DNA of 64,000 nucleotides from the human T2T-CHM13v2.0 reference genome, Homo sapiens (GCA_009914755.4 CP068257.2:13504001-13568000), one strand, 5' to 3'; positions 29,578-46,435 are shown, counted from the first letter of the stretch. Notes: generated by a model not told the origin, from the letters alone. Translations and numbers: made by a program.

Positions 29578-30816
29578 TGAATAATTTTTTCTTAAGTGAC
29601 AGTCTATCAGAGTTTTAGAAAAATTCAAATTCTGGGCAGGAGCATACAACACATTACTATGCAAAAGGTGAAAATTAAACATTTACAAACTACCTCTAGA
29701 AAGCATTTTCGTGAAAGTTTAAAGTGTATGTTGAAGAGAAGAAATATTGATATGAAAAACTCCAGTGAGCCACAAAACTACTTGAGTCTCTTAACTCCAT
29801 AATCATTTTCAACCACCACCACCCAGATGGAAAAACACAAGCCTAAACGAATGTAATGCTTCCCCTCTCCTGCTTCCCAGGCAATTCATGCCTTCACACT
29901 GATGACTTCAGGTAGCGATCATTTAAAAGTAAATGTATAATGACTTGTTATGTGACTCTCTCCCAGCACCAGGAAACATGGATCTCTGTGTGTTTGATTA
30001 CAGGTCAAATTCTCCATTCAGGGAGCAATTAAAAGTTGCTATAACTTTTAAGTCATTGAAATGAGAAAGAAAATCCAAGAAATGAAATTTGCTTGATGAT
30101 TCTATTGCCTTTATCTAACACTGATTTTCACATGAAAAGTATTGCTTTCAAAAGTCCTAATTAGAAGGCCACCCTTAATAGCTGCATCTACAAGACATCA
30201 GCAATACATAGTAAAAGAATTAAGCAGAATATGGGAACTTTGATATTGGTGTCTTAATGGGGAAACAGCTTTCAATCAAGTAGCCCTGTCTGTATTCTAT
30301 GTTGAAAAGGAGTTTTTAAACCAAAACTACATGGATTATGCTCAATGGACTCTATCGATAATTTACAACTCTTCTATTTACTATGTTCCTTTTAATCATA
30401 AGCTAAGTTTCTTAATGGAAAGAAAATATTAAATGGTAACAATATGGAGATATTTGTCTTTGGTAGAACCTCTCTTTACAGCCTATGAAAGGGGAAAATC
30501 GGATACTACCAACACCAACTTTAATCTGATATATTTCTAGTCACTTTGGTTTCTGAAATCAGTCTGTGCAGAAATCTTTTTCATACAATGTCACGTATTT
30601 AATCTTGGTAGTAAAACAGCATTACTAGTTAGAAGGAATACATAAAGTGAGTTTAATTATTCTTTTACTTTCCATGAATTAATAATAGAAGCATTATTTT
30701 TCTCATTGCATTTGTAATGAGTGAAGACTGACAACCCTTTCTGAACACAAATTCCAGTAACTCAGAATTATGATGAGACTTGAAGAATTTTAAACATTTC
30801 CTACATTTAAGAAGAA

Positions 30817-31156
<340 letters not shown>

Positions 31157-32040
31157 TCAAGATTGTCATAAATGCTCGTGTAGGTTTTAAGGAAAAAGTT
31201 ATCTGAGAAATATAATAAATCATCTGGGTTTTTCATTTGTTTTACCAAACAGTTATAATTTTCCTCTTGTTACAGTGAACTTTTTATTGCCCAGAATCCA
31301 ATTGGTAAAAGCTCTTTATTAACCAAAACTTATTTGTACTACCTCCCCTGACACTATCGTAAAAATGTTATAGCACAATATTTAATAGCAACCCTAAAAT
31401 GAAAATGATGACTTAGAAGATTCTGGATTATTTTCTGAAACATCAAGAAATCAATTTACTCATAGATAATCTGCCTCAGTTAGAGTAAGTCTCAGTTGAC
31501 TAAGATTTGAGAAAACAGAATACCCAAATCTCAATCGTGCAAACAGAATTTACTCTGTATATGACTGATACCTAAAGAGTGGGAGGAACGTTCACAGAAT
31601 TTTAGAAAAGGTATCTAAAACCAAATGAGAAGATAACAATATAATTAACAGTCTTTGCGTTGTATTTATTGATTTAGATAATTATAAATTGTTCCATTGC
31701 CTAAATGAAATTAGGAGACTTAAAAGCTAAAACTTAGAGAAGAGATCCAGAGAATGAATCCAATCCCCTCATACTGCAGATGGGAAACCAAAGCCCAGAA
31801 GTTAAGTGATATTGGGTTTGGACCAATATCCAAGTCCAAGTTTCCATTCAATGTATTTTCCATAACAGAACGCTTTTAAAAAATAGATAAAATATAGGCT
31901 AAAATTGGAGTTGGGGAAGCACAAATAGGGGTGAGCAGGGATGGAGGCTACCAGCATTTGAAGAGCCTGTTACTAGGTGTCAAGCATTGTTATCGATACT
32001 TTTATTATTATTTATTTATTTACTATGATTATTATTATTA

Positions 32041-32335
32041 TTTTTTGAGATGGAGTCTCGCTCTGTCACCTACGCTGGAGTGCAGTGGCGTAATTTTGGC
32101 TCACTGCAAGCTCCGCCTCCCGGGTTCACGCCATTCTCCTGCCTCAGCCTCCTGAGTAGCTGAGTAGCTGGGACTGCAGGCACCCACCACCATGCCCAGC
32201 TAATTTTTTTGTGTTTTTAGTAGAGACAGGGTTTCACCGTGTTAGCCAGGATGGTCTCGATCTCCTGACCTCGTGATCCACACGTCTGGGCCTCCCAAAG
32301 TGCTGGGATTACAGTGTGAGCCACTGCTCCTGGTC
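32041..32335 (-). mobile_element. Alu SINE (AluS/Y-like), reverse orientation, abutting the A-tail of the neighbouring L1
   Basis: 'ttttttgagatggagtctcgctctgtcacctacgctggagtgcagtggcg...ctgggattacagtgtgagccactgctcctggtc'. Contains a small internal duplication 'gagtagctgagtagctggg'. Preceded by (ATT)n / (TTATT)-rich sequence. Confidence 0.95.
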
Positions 32336-32336
32336 T

Positions 32337-34345
<2,009 letters not shown>

Positions 34346-36534
34346 TGACACTTTTATATGTTTATCGCATTATGCACTGTGCTCAGTTTAGAGATGAATA
34401 AACCGAAACTGTCTCATGATGAGAGGTCATCACAACCCCAAGGTCTATGCAATTTCTCTATATTGACCCCAGAAACAGACTGACTACGTCTCTGGTGATT
34501 GGTTGACTATAAACTGGCTTATTTGCTCACATACTCATTCAACAAACGTATACTGAGCCTTTTCTTTGTGCCATACCCCATCCTGGAAGTTGGGTGTGCA
34601 GTGAGCAAGAGGCTTAACCCTTGCCCTCAGATAGTCAGTGGGCACAGGGGCCAACTCCACTCTTTTCTACCCCACAGTGTCTCTCAGTCATCGCCACGGT
34701 TGGGAACCCCCACTTCAAACTACTTTGGAAACTCTGATAATGACCAGATCCTTGAGAAAAACACCAGAAAGCTTAATATCACCGCTTTATATACGTCTTC
34801 ACTAACGAAAGGCTATTAATGCAAATGGTTTCAATAACAATTGGCAAATATGTTTTTCACAGTAGTTTTCCACAGTATGGAAACATCAAATTTCAGATTT
34901 GTTTCAGAATTAAGTATATTATGAAAATTTTACAGTTTCGTTAAATCTGTCAACTCAAATATGCTAAAATTTGAGTATGGTGCAATGTAATTTTTAAAGT
35001 TAGGTTTATTTTAGACTCTATGCAACAAGATCAATTAGAGAAAAGGTGATCATTGACCATAGGAATTGTGGTCCTATGCATTGACCATAGGGGTTGTGTT
35101 GCATCGAACTGTTAGCATAATGCTTGAAGCACCAATTCTGAGAATGTAAACCATTCTTATATCATAGACAGCATATATCCTGTGAATAACAGAGCACTCA
35201 AAAGAATGAATAAACTTGGTATATGGCTTTTCCAGGCATTTTATAAATACTCACTGCAAACTTACATATATAACTGGGTTTTGTATTTGAAAACAGTACT
35301 AATCATTCTTTCACCAACCAGGCATGTATATGTGCAGATAAGAATGATGTATGTCGGAGAGGCCTGTCTACACTGCCTAGATGAGATTTGCCCTTGATTT
35401 GCAGCCACAGCTGCTAATGGCAAAACATACAGCTATTTTCAACCACTCCACTTAGATTCACATTCTTCTCCGCTCTGGTGCTTTAAAAAGCACCAGGATG
35501 CTTGCTTGTCTCCACTGTGTCCTGGCAGGCCATTATTCTACAGACTGATTTTAATTTGAGCTTAGGCATGTCATCACAAGTTTGTGGGAGAGTCATCTAA
35601 AATCATCAGAAACATGATGACTGTGTTCTTGAAGCACACATGCAGGATGTCACGCAAAAGATTATAGATCACTTTGAAGAGTCAACATTGTCTCCCAGAG
35701 TGATGATAAATCCCGAGAAGATGTACACCTCCACATAACAAAGATCCTCCCTGGTATTGTAGAGATGAGACGTGACATGCATCGACACTGTGTCCCATGA
35801 TAGACTGACAAAGAAGCATGGTGATACCTCAATTGTTCACAACTTCTGTGGGTAAAACATACTTTGGGCAAAGTTGGCCCAGGTAGGGGAAAATTCCTGA
35901 CTCTTCATTGTTTTAGTGGCTGCTGAGAAAGCTCAACCATTTCTTTTGTAAAGCCTTCTGAGACCCATCAAGAAGAGGTGATCCCTTCCTCCTTTGCACC
36001 TTTACTAGCGCTTTGACATGTTCTTGTTTTTGTATCAATTTACAATCTCCTCCCTTCCTAGACTCTTATCTCTTCGAAGGAAAGATCTGTTTCTTTGAAT
36101 TCCTAACACATTTCATAGTTCCTGACATAAAATTTTGGGATTAAATATGGGTGGATGAATGAATGGATGAATGGATAGGGAGAGAAAAACAAGACTCAGT
36201 AGGCTACTGAAGTTGTCTGGCCTGGGGCTGCTGAACTAGAACTAACTCACCCCATGCTCCCACCGTTGAGTCAACTTGGAGAGAAAAAATGAGGGAAGTA
36301 ATCTCAAGCAGTTATTATATGACATCTGTGCTACTTGATAGGAGTCGCTACTGAGAGGAGAAGAAGCTTCCTCCATTTTAACCAAGGTTGTTGCAGATCA
36401 ACCTTCCTCCTGGTATGAGGAGAGAAGAGATTATTATTCTGTAGAGATCCAGTAAGGTGGGTAAATCGGGATGATACAGAAAAGAATCTTTGAAATATGA
36501 CACACATGGGAACCAACCAGAATTTAGCCAATTA

Positions 36535-36702
36535 CTAATTAGCTGAGAAATCTGGGACAAGTTACGTGGTTTCACTGAGTATCTGGCTCTTCATCTACAA
36601 ATTAAATTCATAATATCTGCTTTGCAGCATGATCAGAGGAGCTCTAAGGAGCATATGTTCAGTGCCTGGCACAGAGAGATACTCAATAAATATTTTCATT
36701 TA
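36535..36702 (+). mobile_element. MIR SINE fragment (core plus 3' part)
   Basis: 'gctgagaaatctgggacaagttacgtggtttcactgagtatctggctcttcatctacaaa...ttcagtgcctggcacagagagatactcaataaatattttcatt' matches the MIR consensus '...gtgaccttgggcaagtcacttaacctctctgagcctcagtttcctcatctgtaaa...gtgcctggcacatagtaagcgctcaataaatg'. Confidence 0.6.
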
Positions 36703-37028
36703 AAATAACCATGTATATGCATTACCTTATTTTTAGTTGTATAATGACATTTTATTTCACTAAATTTGACATTAATATTGTTGGAAATTATCCTCTTGGT
36801 TAATTCTGGTTTTTCTGCAGAAAAATAGATTCATTTTTCTTTCAATGAGGTAAGTCTTTAGTGCCTACCATCAGGCAAAATGGTGTATCTAGAGGGCCTG
36901 TAATATTCTTAGGAAAATGTCAAATAAAATGGGGTGACCATAAGAAAGGTCCATACCAGGATGACTGAATCACACAGCATGCAAATAAGAAAGCTTGAAA
37001 GGTAGGAGGAATAGTCATTCAAAGACAC

Positions 37029-37388
37029 ATGCTGTTATGGATTGAATGTTTGTGTCCTTCCAAAATTTATATGTCAAAATCCTAACCCTAAGGTGATGGT
37101 ACTGGAAGCGTGGCCTTTGGGAGGTACCTAGGTTATGAAAGTGGAGCCCTCATGATGGAATTAGTGCCTTTATAAAAAGGAACCCAGAGAGCTCTTTTGC
37201 TCTCTTTCCAACCGTTGAGAGGACAAGGAGAAGCAGGCAGTCTATGACCTGGAGAAGTCCCTCATCAGAACCCAATCATGCTGGCACCCTGACCTGAGTT
37301 CCATCCTGTAGGACTGAGGGAAATGAATTTCTGTTGTTTATAAGTCACCTGGTCTCTGGTGTTTTGTTATAGTGGCACAAATGGACAC
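37029..37388 (+). mobile_element. ERVL-MaLR LTR (MLT1-like), forward orientation, solo
   Basis: 'tgctgttatggattgaatgtttgtgtccttccaaaatttatatgtcaaaatcctaaccctaaggtgatggtactggaagcgtggcctttgggaggta...tagtgcctttataaaaagg...ctgagggaaatgaatttctgttgtttataagtcacctggtctctggtgttttgttatagtggcacaaatggac'. These are canonical MaLR terminal motifs. Confidence 0.7.
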
Positions 37389-38923
37389 ATGCATACATAT
37401 GCATATGGATAAGAAGGAGCTCATGGTTGCTTGGGTTTAAAGAATAATATTTGAGTACTCCACTCATATTAACTTTCAACAAGTATAGAAGGTCAAATGT
37501 GAACCCACAATGTCTCTGAATTGGTTACCACGTCATGAGTTCTAGCACTAGGTCCTTAAGATGTTAACCTTTCCTTTCTTCAAAACAAATAAAATTGGTC
37601 ATAAGAATAAACAAGTGACCTAAGAGAAGGGTGCCTGATGGGTCACTCTGTATGATGCCTAACACTTCACAGGCTGTTACAGCAACCGGCTCCAATATCC
37701 TAAACTCAACTATTTGACTTTGACTCTCCCCCTCTTTCTTGTCCGTTCCTTCAGGTGACCATCCCATTAGAAGAAGACAGATGCAGCAGAGAGGCCACTA
37801 ACTGTCCATGTCACAGGATACTCCTCCTACACCCCCCTCCCTCCCTGAAGTGGTCTGTTCTCTACAATCATCTCATCATCCCCATGTTTTAACTTGTTTT
37901 CATAATTTTTCAGAACCCTAATCTCAATCACATATGAGTATTAGTAGATTTCATTATTTAAATGATTTAAAATAAGGTCTGGATGACAGGGTATGCTTGT
38001 CTGATTTAGGTAGTCTACTTCATTTAAAGAAGTACTTAGTTGCCTAAATAAGATTTAAACATTTGGATTTGGGAATCTCTTTTCACTTGTTCTTTTCTTG
38101 GTCCATAAGAAGAGCCAGAACCACAGCATGCCTCTCTATTTCAGAGCTACATTAAGGTGAGTTTAAAAACAAGTTAACTTGTTGAATGCCAGGAAGAAAA
38201 ACAATATTTGGGAATAAAATCTGATGGAGATAAGATTTGGCTATTGAGGAAATTATCTTCGAATAAGCAATCATATACAACTCAATTCTTAATTAGTTGA
38301 ATCAAGCTATTCTTAAGTGAGAATCATTAAATAAAATTTTAAAATTAGTTCTCAAATTATTTTTTAACCCGAAGATGTATCAATAATAAATATATTAAAA
38401 TAGCATGTACAGCACGCAGTTTGATAAAAATTGATTAGGATGGATTATACAGCCCTCCCCCAAGTAGTTCTGCACTGAATTCTGAAGGTAACAGGAATGA
38501 GTGGGAAGGAGCCATGAAAAAAATGCAAACTTGTTACAACAGAAAACTACACTTGTGATTCCAAAAAAGAGTGGTTTGGGTGATTTCCAGTAATTCTTGG
38601 GAGAAAAAGAGCAGGAACTATAATCTCACAACATAATGAGTTGGGATACGAGACTGAAGTATAAAGATGAAATAACATACCTTTCAAAAACAGAATTCCT
38701 CAAAAATCTACAAGCTGAGAAGAAAGCACCTTTGAAAATATTTAAAGTAAAAATAACAGTATACAAATGCTATAATTATGGGACCATACTATAGCCATCT
38801 AGACAGATTAAGAATACAGAAGTTACCTTGACAACCATTTCAGAGATTGGATAGAAGGGGGTGAGAAGTTATGAGCTATCCCATCATGACCCATCAGTCA
38901 TAGGTGCTGAAAGTCTTACCATC

Positions 38924-39307
38924 TGTATTAGTCTGTTCTCACATTGCTATAAAGAAATGCCAGAAACTGTGTAGTTTATAAAGAAAAGAGTTTTAATTGG
39001 CTCACAGTTCCACAGGCTGTACAGGAAGCATGGCTGGGGAGGCCTCAGGGAGCTTTTACACATGGCAGAAGGCAAAACAGATGCAGGTATCTTCACATGC
39101 CCGGAGCAGGAGGAAGAGAGGGAGTGGGGAGGTGCTACACACTTTTAAACAACCACATCTCAGAAGAACTCTAGCATTAGAACAGTACCAAAGGGGAAAT
39201 CTGCTCCCATGATCCAAACACCTCCCACCAGGCCCCACCTCCACACTGGGGATTACAAATCGACATGAGATTTGGGCAGGGACACAAATCCAAACCATTT
39301 CACTATC
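38924..39307 (-). mobile_element. ERVL-MaLR LTR (THE1/MST-like), reverse orientation, solo
   Basis: 'tgtattagtctgttctcacattgctataaagaaatgccagaaactgtgtagtttataaagaaaagagttttaattggctcacagttccacaggctgtacaggaagcatggctggggaggcctcagg...ggggattacaaatcgacatgagatttgggcagggacacaaatccaaaccatttca' is the reverse complement of the THE1-type LTR. Confidence 0.72.
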
Positions 39308-39457
39308 TAAGCACAGAGCTTGGTTCTATGACTTTCAAGCTAAGTCTGCTCACAAGGAAAATGCCACTATTTCATTTATTTTTTAAATTCAGTAAACACC
39401 TACTGTGCACCTACTTTGCTCCAGGAAGTGGGAATGTCAAAACAAGTTTTAAAAGCC

Positions 39458-39532
39458 CCTGGAGGCGGAACTTGCAGTGAGCCTAGATGGTGCCACTGTA
39501 CTCCAGTCTGAGAGACAGAGTGAGACTCCGTT
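39458..39532 (+). mobile_element. Alu right-arm 3' fragment of about 75 bp, with a C-rich stretch instead of an A-tail
   Basis: 'cctggaggcggaacttgcagtgagcctagatggtgccactgtactccagtctgagagacagagtgagactccgtt' followed by 'cccccccgccccc'. Confidence 0.7.
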
Positions 39533-40654
39533 CCCCCCCGCCCCCTAAAACAGCCTCTGGAATTTAAATTAACATGACAAAATAATGTGGCAAGTGCACA
39601 AATGGAGGTACATAAAAAATGGCCCTATGGGAGCTGTGCAGGATGGAGTCCACCAACGAGGCTGCAGGAACGACTTCATAAAAGAAGGAACAGCTGGGTT
39701 GGAACCTGAAAGACAGCTCAGCCAGGCATGGAGGTGTGAGGGAGGAGTGCTCCGCCCACATGGAAGAGCACATCTAGGAAACAGAGAGAAGCATGGTGCA
39801 GGCGGAACCTCTTAAAGATGGGGTATGGTAAACGATGTGGTTGAAGAGGTCAGCGTGTTGAATTTAGGAAATGAAATGCAAATAAAATGCTTAAAGGAAA
39901 ATGTGACATAATCAGATTTGAATCTTAAAATGTTCGCACCCACTTTTGTGTAGAAGACACATTGGAAGAGAGTAGGACTGGGGGTTCTTCATCATACTGA
40001 GTTCATTTTCTTTTTTTTCCCCAAGGTTGTTAATTTAGTAGATCAGAGAAATCCACTCGATAAAAATGTTTTTAAGATTTCATCGTAGCACTTGATGAGC
40101 TCTCTTGTCAACAAGTTCTGGAAATATTTACTGGATGATAATACAATCAAGTAGGTTAATCACCAGGCTCCAACCTACTTTTCCAGTCCTTTCTTTCCTC
40201 GTTCCCTATACCTCCTCATGCTCCCATCATTAAATTTCTTGTTGATCCCTGTAAACACCTTGGGTGTTCCAGCCTCACTGCCTTTGTTCAAAATGTTCTC
40301 TCCACCTGGAATGACATTCTTTCATCTTCTAGCTATTGAAATCCTATTCATTGTTCAATGGGCCACCACACTCACATGTATTTTTGTACTTGCCTTATGA
40401 TCCTTTCTTTATTCTACCTTCATTATAGTCATTTGAGTAATTATCTAATACTCCCTACCACAATTTACCTACGTGAGTGTAGGAATGTTTTCATATTCCT
40501 CAGCATAATGATAATGATACTTATTATAATCCCACCTTCAATGTCTTTAGTGAGTCTTGCCAGGCACTGTAGAAAGTTGCACTCCTCCTTGTCTTATGTA
40601 CTTCTAAGTGGCAGTTTCATGTATTCATTAGAAATGAAAAAAACATGGCAGTCA

Positions 40655-40832
40655 TCCAGACCCAGGCTAGCTCCTAGCTGTAAGATAGTGTTGCATGACC
40701 TGGGGCAAGTTATTTAACCTTTCTAAAGTTAAATTTTCTCATCTGAAAACTTGTAGGGTTGTTTTGGTGATTGAAGTAGATGATTGTTTAAAAGGCACTT
40801 AGCATAGTGCTTAACATACAATAATGAGACTA
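40655..40832 (+). mobile_element. MIR SINE fragment
   Basis: 'cccaggctagctcctagctgtaagatagtgttgcatgacctggggcaagttatttaacctttctaaagttaaattttctcatctgaaaacttgtagggttgttttggtgattgaagtagatgattgtttaaaaggcacttagcatagtgcttaacatacaataa' matches the MIR core 'ctgtgtgaccttgggcaagttacttaacctctc...cctcatctgtaaaatgggg...gcgcttagcacagtgcctggcacatagtaag'. Confidence 0.65.
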
Positions 40833-43800
40833 AAATTAGTCTCTATGAAATCACGTCTAAACCCATTACACAGATTCTAGGAGACACAAAAATACATGTG
40901 GACTCCTCTAAGGGAGCTCACAATTTAGTGGAGAACAAAAGCTGTCAATGCTCTGGGATTTTGATAAATACTCATACTAAATAAGGAAAAATGTGAAAAT
41001 GGCAAATTAATGCTATAAACATTTCATATTCATATTGATATTATGGAAATACTACATGAAAGTTAAACTATTTTTAAATCTGGCACACTTAGATTACCCC
41101 CATGTGATACATTCATGTTTTACTAAAAATATTTTAATTACCCATAAACCTTTTTTTAATGATGGGGCAAAAAAAATCACCCCTGGAATATATCAGAGAA
41201 GAAAGGAAAGAAAGATGTTGAGAATTTTGAAAAGCATTTTGATGTCATTTTCAACTATTTTTTTCAGCCCTTTACTTCCTCCTCTTCAAATAAGCCATAC
41301 AGAATAAAGGAAAAATCTACAGAATATTGGCAATTGGGATGACCGTTGGCCTCTACCTTGCCTAGAGAGGAAAGAAAGGCCCAAGGACCTTGAGATTTCA
41401 TGTGCAGCAGCATCTGATGGGCCGGTTACCTTCTTTGCCCTGCACATTTTCTCTATTCCTCTCCCCACAGCTCTCTGCCCTGAGAGGTTGACCTGGATGA
41501 GCTGCACCCACAAGCTCATTTGTCCTCAGGTTTCCAGTTGAGTTCCACCAATGGGAGGCACCATCAGGAGATGCAGACTTCAAGAAGAGTGAAGCTGGGA
41601 TGTTTACTTCCCCAACTCGCTCTACCGAGCTGCGTGTGAGCTGGCTGGGTACTTCGGTGAAGTTTGCAGCTCCCATCGGCGCCCTTTTCTACATCAGCCT
41701 CCGTAGCTGCCCAACTTTCTTTTGCCATTGCAGCCAGTTGAGTGGCAAAACTGGCCCCCTCAATATTTTACTGTTCCTTGTTGGCTTCATTTTAGCCTGT
41801 CCACACTTTTGTCAATTACCTTTTCTTTAAACTCTCAATCACCTATTTGAACATGCCACCGGGGATGCTGCTTTGATCCTGCCTGACAACCTTGGTTTCT
41901 AGTTTAATATTTTCTCCTCTCCCCTCCGCCCCACACTATGCTGGGTTGAAGCATAAAGGAAATAAAAGATTGCCTTCATGGAAATGGGTCTTATTTCTTT
42001 ATTTAAAAATTATATTTTATTGGAGATATTTGATAGTTAAGAACTGTAATCTCAGTCTTTTTTTGTGATGACATTGCAATTCCTTTGTAGAACAGTTTAG
42101 AAAAACATTGAAATTTTTCCTAGGCGAATTGCTGATAGAACCACATCCCTTTCCAGCTCTTGTCCTTCCTCTGATGAAAATGAAAAGAGGTTATTCTTTG
42201 CGATATTGGAGCCACAAAACAACCAGATAAACTCACAAATAAAATCCATCTTAAGAATAAACCAGGAGTCCACAAGTGCAGTATTTCAACTATAACATAG
42301 CATGAAGAAAGGGCAGGCTGAAAGAAAAAAAGCCCGTGGGGACGAGTTTTCTTTACATGTCCTACAATAGTTTTTCTTTCATAAAAGTAATGAAAGAAAA
42401 GGTGGGGTGGAGTGGCAGTGAGGAGAAGAATGGGTGAGAAGATAAGACACGCATGCCTTGTGCTGAAGAAAAGACTATTTGTACCTAGTACATTGTAGAA
42501 ATTGTTCAAGAACAGCTCAGCCATGTAAAAATATGACCCTGTAATACTGCCAAGGTCAATCAGACCCATAGTGATTGACTTAGAAAGAGCTGGCCTTACA
42601 GGATACCATTGCACAAAGCCTACGAGAGTTTATACGCCTAATTGCTAGCATTTGGAAGGTATTTTTGAATCTTGAGAATTTAATTGTACAAAACTACAGT
42701 ATAAAACTCATACTTTAGTTTTTTTCTTGGTGGATAAGACTTAAAAGAGATACCATAAAAATGTAAAGTAGATACACAGTCACTCTTTCACGTTATGATA
42801 TTTTCATTATTTTATTAGCATTTATTCCTGATATTTTTGTTTTAATATTTCTTTGGCGTGGCTTTATTTTCCAAATAGAATTTAAGCTGCATAAGAACAG
42901 ATATCATGCTTTTTAGTCACCGTTTTTTGAATAAACTAAATTTTGACTCATAAATAATAATTTGTAGAGAGTTGCCTATTAAATGTCAAATTTATATACC
43001 TCAAATATGAACAATTACGATGTTCATGAGTAAGAGTAAAGTGTATGCTGAGAGTATGTTTATTTTTATCTTATTCATACAAAAGAATAAAGTAATTCTT
43101 TTTAAAAGAAGGGGCCCTTTATATATTTTGTATTATACGTTGAAAAAATACATGTATGTAAAAATTTGCAAGTCCAAAAAAGTACCGAGTTGTAATCAAT
43201 TTTTCCTTCCAGGGAATCAGGTTTTGGAGGTTTTACATTTTTTTTAGACTTCTGTATTATTTGATTTTTTTTACAAGGAACAAGCATTACTTGTTTAACT
43301 TAGAAAAAACTAAAATCATTAACAAAATCTTGTAACATAGTGGCTTTAGAGACAACTATTGAACCAAGTTTGAAGATGTATTTGTAATAAATGGTGATTT
43401 GATTTTCCTTCTCTCACTCTTTATATGTTTTTTGTTACCAGAGTAATGGGACTTCTCCCCGATTTCAGCTCCTATCCCCAACTCATTCCAACAATATATT
43501 TTGCAACCATCTCTTTACCCATGACCATATACCCTATTAAGATTTTTCTACCCGGTACTATTTCTAGGCTGAGCCAACTTTTAGGTTGTAGAAAATAGTA
43601 AAGGGAAAAGGAATAAGGACGGGATAGGATTTAAAAGAACAAAGATATTTGAGGGGAGGACAGGCGAGGGAGAAAGTGACAGAGCCCTAAAATGATCTCT
43701 TTTGCAGTCTACCCTCCCCCGAAATCAGTGCACTTAAATGTCTTTTTTTTATGGTGATTTGGGCAATATTTACTAGAGCCAGAAATACCAGAGTATCAAG

Positions 43801-44211
43801 TATTCCTGTCTGAGCTGGCATTTTGCCTACTAGTCCATGAATTCTCCCACTGGGTACATCCTGAAGCCTTCTTGGAGATTGCAGGTCATAAATGTGCATG
43901 ATTAATTGCCTATGTTGAAACAAACAAACAAAAAAGTTACCAGAACATTCAGACTAGAAGGTGAAGCAAGATCCTGTTGGGCGACAGAAGAAATCTGTTT
44001 GGGAGCCTGACAGTGATGGCTGAAGGAAGAAGATTGAGCTGACTGGAGCTGACTAATACACATTTCTAGTAGGTGGAATAACAAAAGGGATACGACTAGA
44101 AAATAGGGGTTTGTTACAAATTGTGAAAGACACCTAATAAATTACAAGGGACACAGGCTATGGGGCAGTGACTTAGATAAAACTAGAAGAGCAAAATGTA
44201 AAGCAATTTTT

Positions 44212-44545
<334 letters not shown>

Positions 44546-45017
44546 AATGTAAAGCAATTTTTAAGACAAGTCCACAACTTTGTTTCTAAGTAAAATTAAC
44601 TAATTGAGATGGGAACATAGGGGCAGTATGCTGTCTTCCTTATGTATAGAGATACCCACAGATGTCTACCACCTATGGGTGAGAACAAATAATTAATCAT
44701 TTTCCAGTTCTGGTTAACAAACTATATTGCCTCCCTTGGAGGTGTACAGTATGTGCATACAAAAACCTGCATTAAATATGTTACAAAAAGTCTGCCCAGA
44801 ATTGGGCAAAAGAGAGCCCCATGGTGTCCTCAATTGAGGCCATATACTTTTGAAGACCTCACAGTTAACAAATGAAATATGGGAGAATATGATTTAAGAT
44901 TTCTTTGAATGCCCAAATAGTAAATGAAATTATATGTTCTATAAAGTGCTCCACAAATCCTGGTACAAAAGCAGTCAGTAACTTTTTTTCATTTTCAGTT
45001 AACCGCTGTGGGACTAT

Positions 45018-45344
45018 CTTGGTGCATGTTGCACTGCTGTAACAGAATATCAGAGACAGTGTAATTTACAAAGCAAATAGTTTTTTCCTCACAGTTCTGG
45101 AGTTTGGAAAGTCCATGATGGAGGGGTTGGAATCTGGTGAGGGAGGAGGGCATCACGTGGGTGAAGGGGAGCAGGAGATTGAACTCACAGCCTGAAGCTT
45201 TCTTATAATTGACATGAATCCATTCATGAGGGTAGAGCCCTCATGACCTAAACACCTGTGATTAGGCCCTGCCTCCCAATAGTGTTGCACTGAGGATTAA
45301 GTTTCCAGCCCGTGCTTTTTAGGGGACACGTCCAAACTATAGCA
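45018..45344 (-). mobile_element. ERVL-MaLR LTR (MLT1-like), reverse orientation
   Basis: 'ttgcactgctgtaacagaatatcagagacagtgtaatttacaaagcaaatagttttttcctcacagttctggagtttggaaagtccatgatggaggggttgg...gagccctcatgacctaaacacctgtgattaggccctgcctcccaatagtgttgcactgaggattaagtttccagcccgtgctttttaggggacacgtccaaactatagca' is the reverse complement of the MaLR MLT1 consensus. Confidence 0.65.
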
Positions 45345-46009
45345 AAGACTTACATGTCTTCGTAACTGGAAGTCTAGTATTTTTTTCTTCAGGTTCCCTG
45401 TCTTTCCCTTACTCATCGATTCCCTACCCTCTGCAGGCTCATCCAGTCCAAAGTAGGCCAATTCTGGCTACCAGAAAGTGGAAGGATATAGAGGCAAAAC
45501 GGTGCTCTGCTGCAGCTGATGCCTCTCAAAGATTAGTCCTACACAGTTGGAACAGTGATGACTGGCCCAGAATGCTGCAGTTATCTCACTTCTTCAGTTC
45601 TAAGGTTGGCCAAAGGCTGTCCATGTTTGAAGTCCTAGCAATTGCTGTTATACACAAACAGTCCATTCTAAACTGCAAGCTACTAGTAAGGGACCGGAGT
45701 AAGGTCCTGGACCCCCGTGGTTTTTCCTCCTCAGTGAGCTACCTAAGGGAGAAGTAACTGATCTTGCTGCCTTTACCCACATCTCTCACATTTACCTTTT
45801 GCTCACCTTTCTCAGGGACGCAATCCTCAGTGATTTAGTCAAGGTGCTATATCCTTTTCAGGAAGGTTCCCAAGTAATTCCATGGTTCCATTGTCTCTAC
45901 CTTTCTAAATCAGGCTACTCTCTGTGACTCCAAAGTGATTTTTCATCCTGGCCTAAGTCATGAACTCCTGGGCATTTTTTTCCCTAAAGAAAAGAAAAAC
46001 ACATCTTCA

Positions 46010-46435
<426 letters not shown>

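Noticed and set aside
42120-42614. Longest ORF in the track: 164 aa on the minus strand
   Set aside because: The peptide is extremely F/L/I-rich, derived from AT-rich and pyrimidine-rich DNA. It has no recognisable domain and no upstream promoter or Kozak context, and the sequence is in a primate intergenic-like setting. This is a chance ORF.
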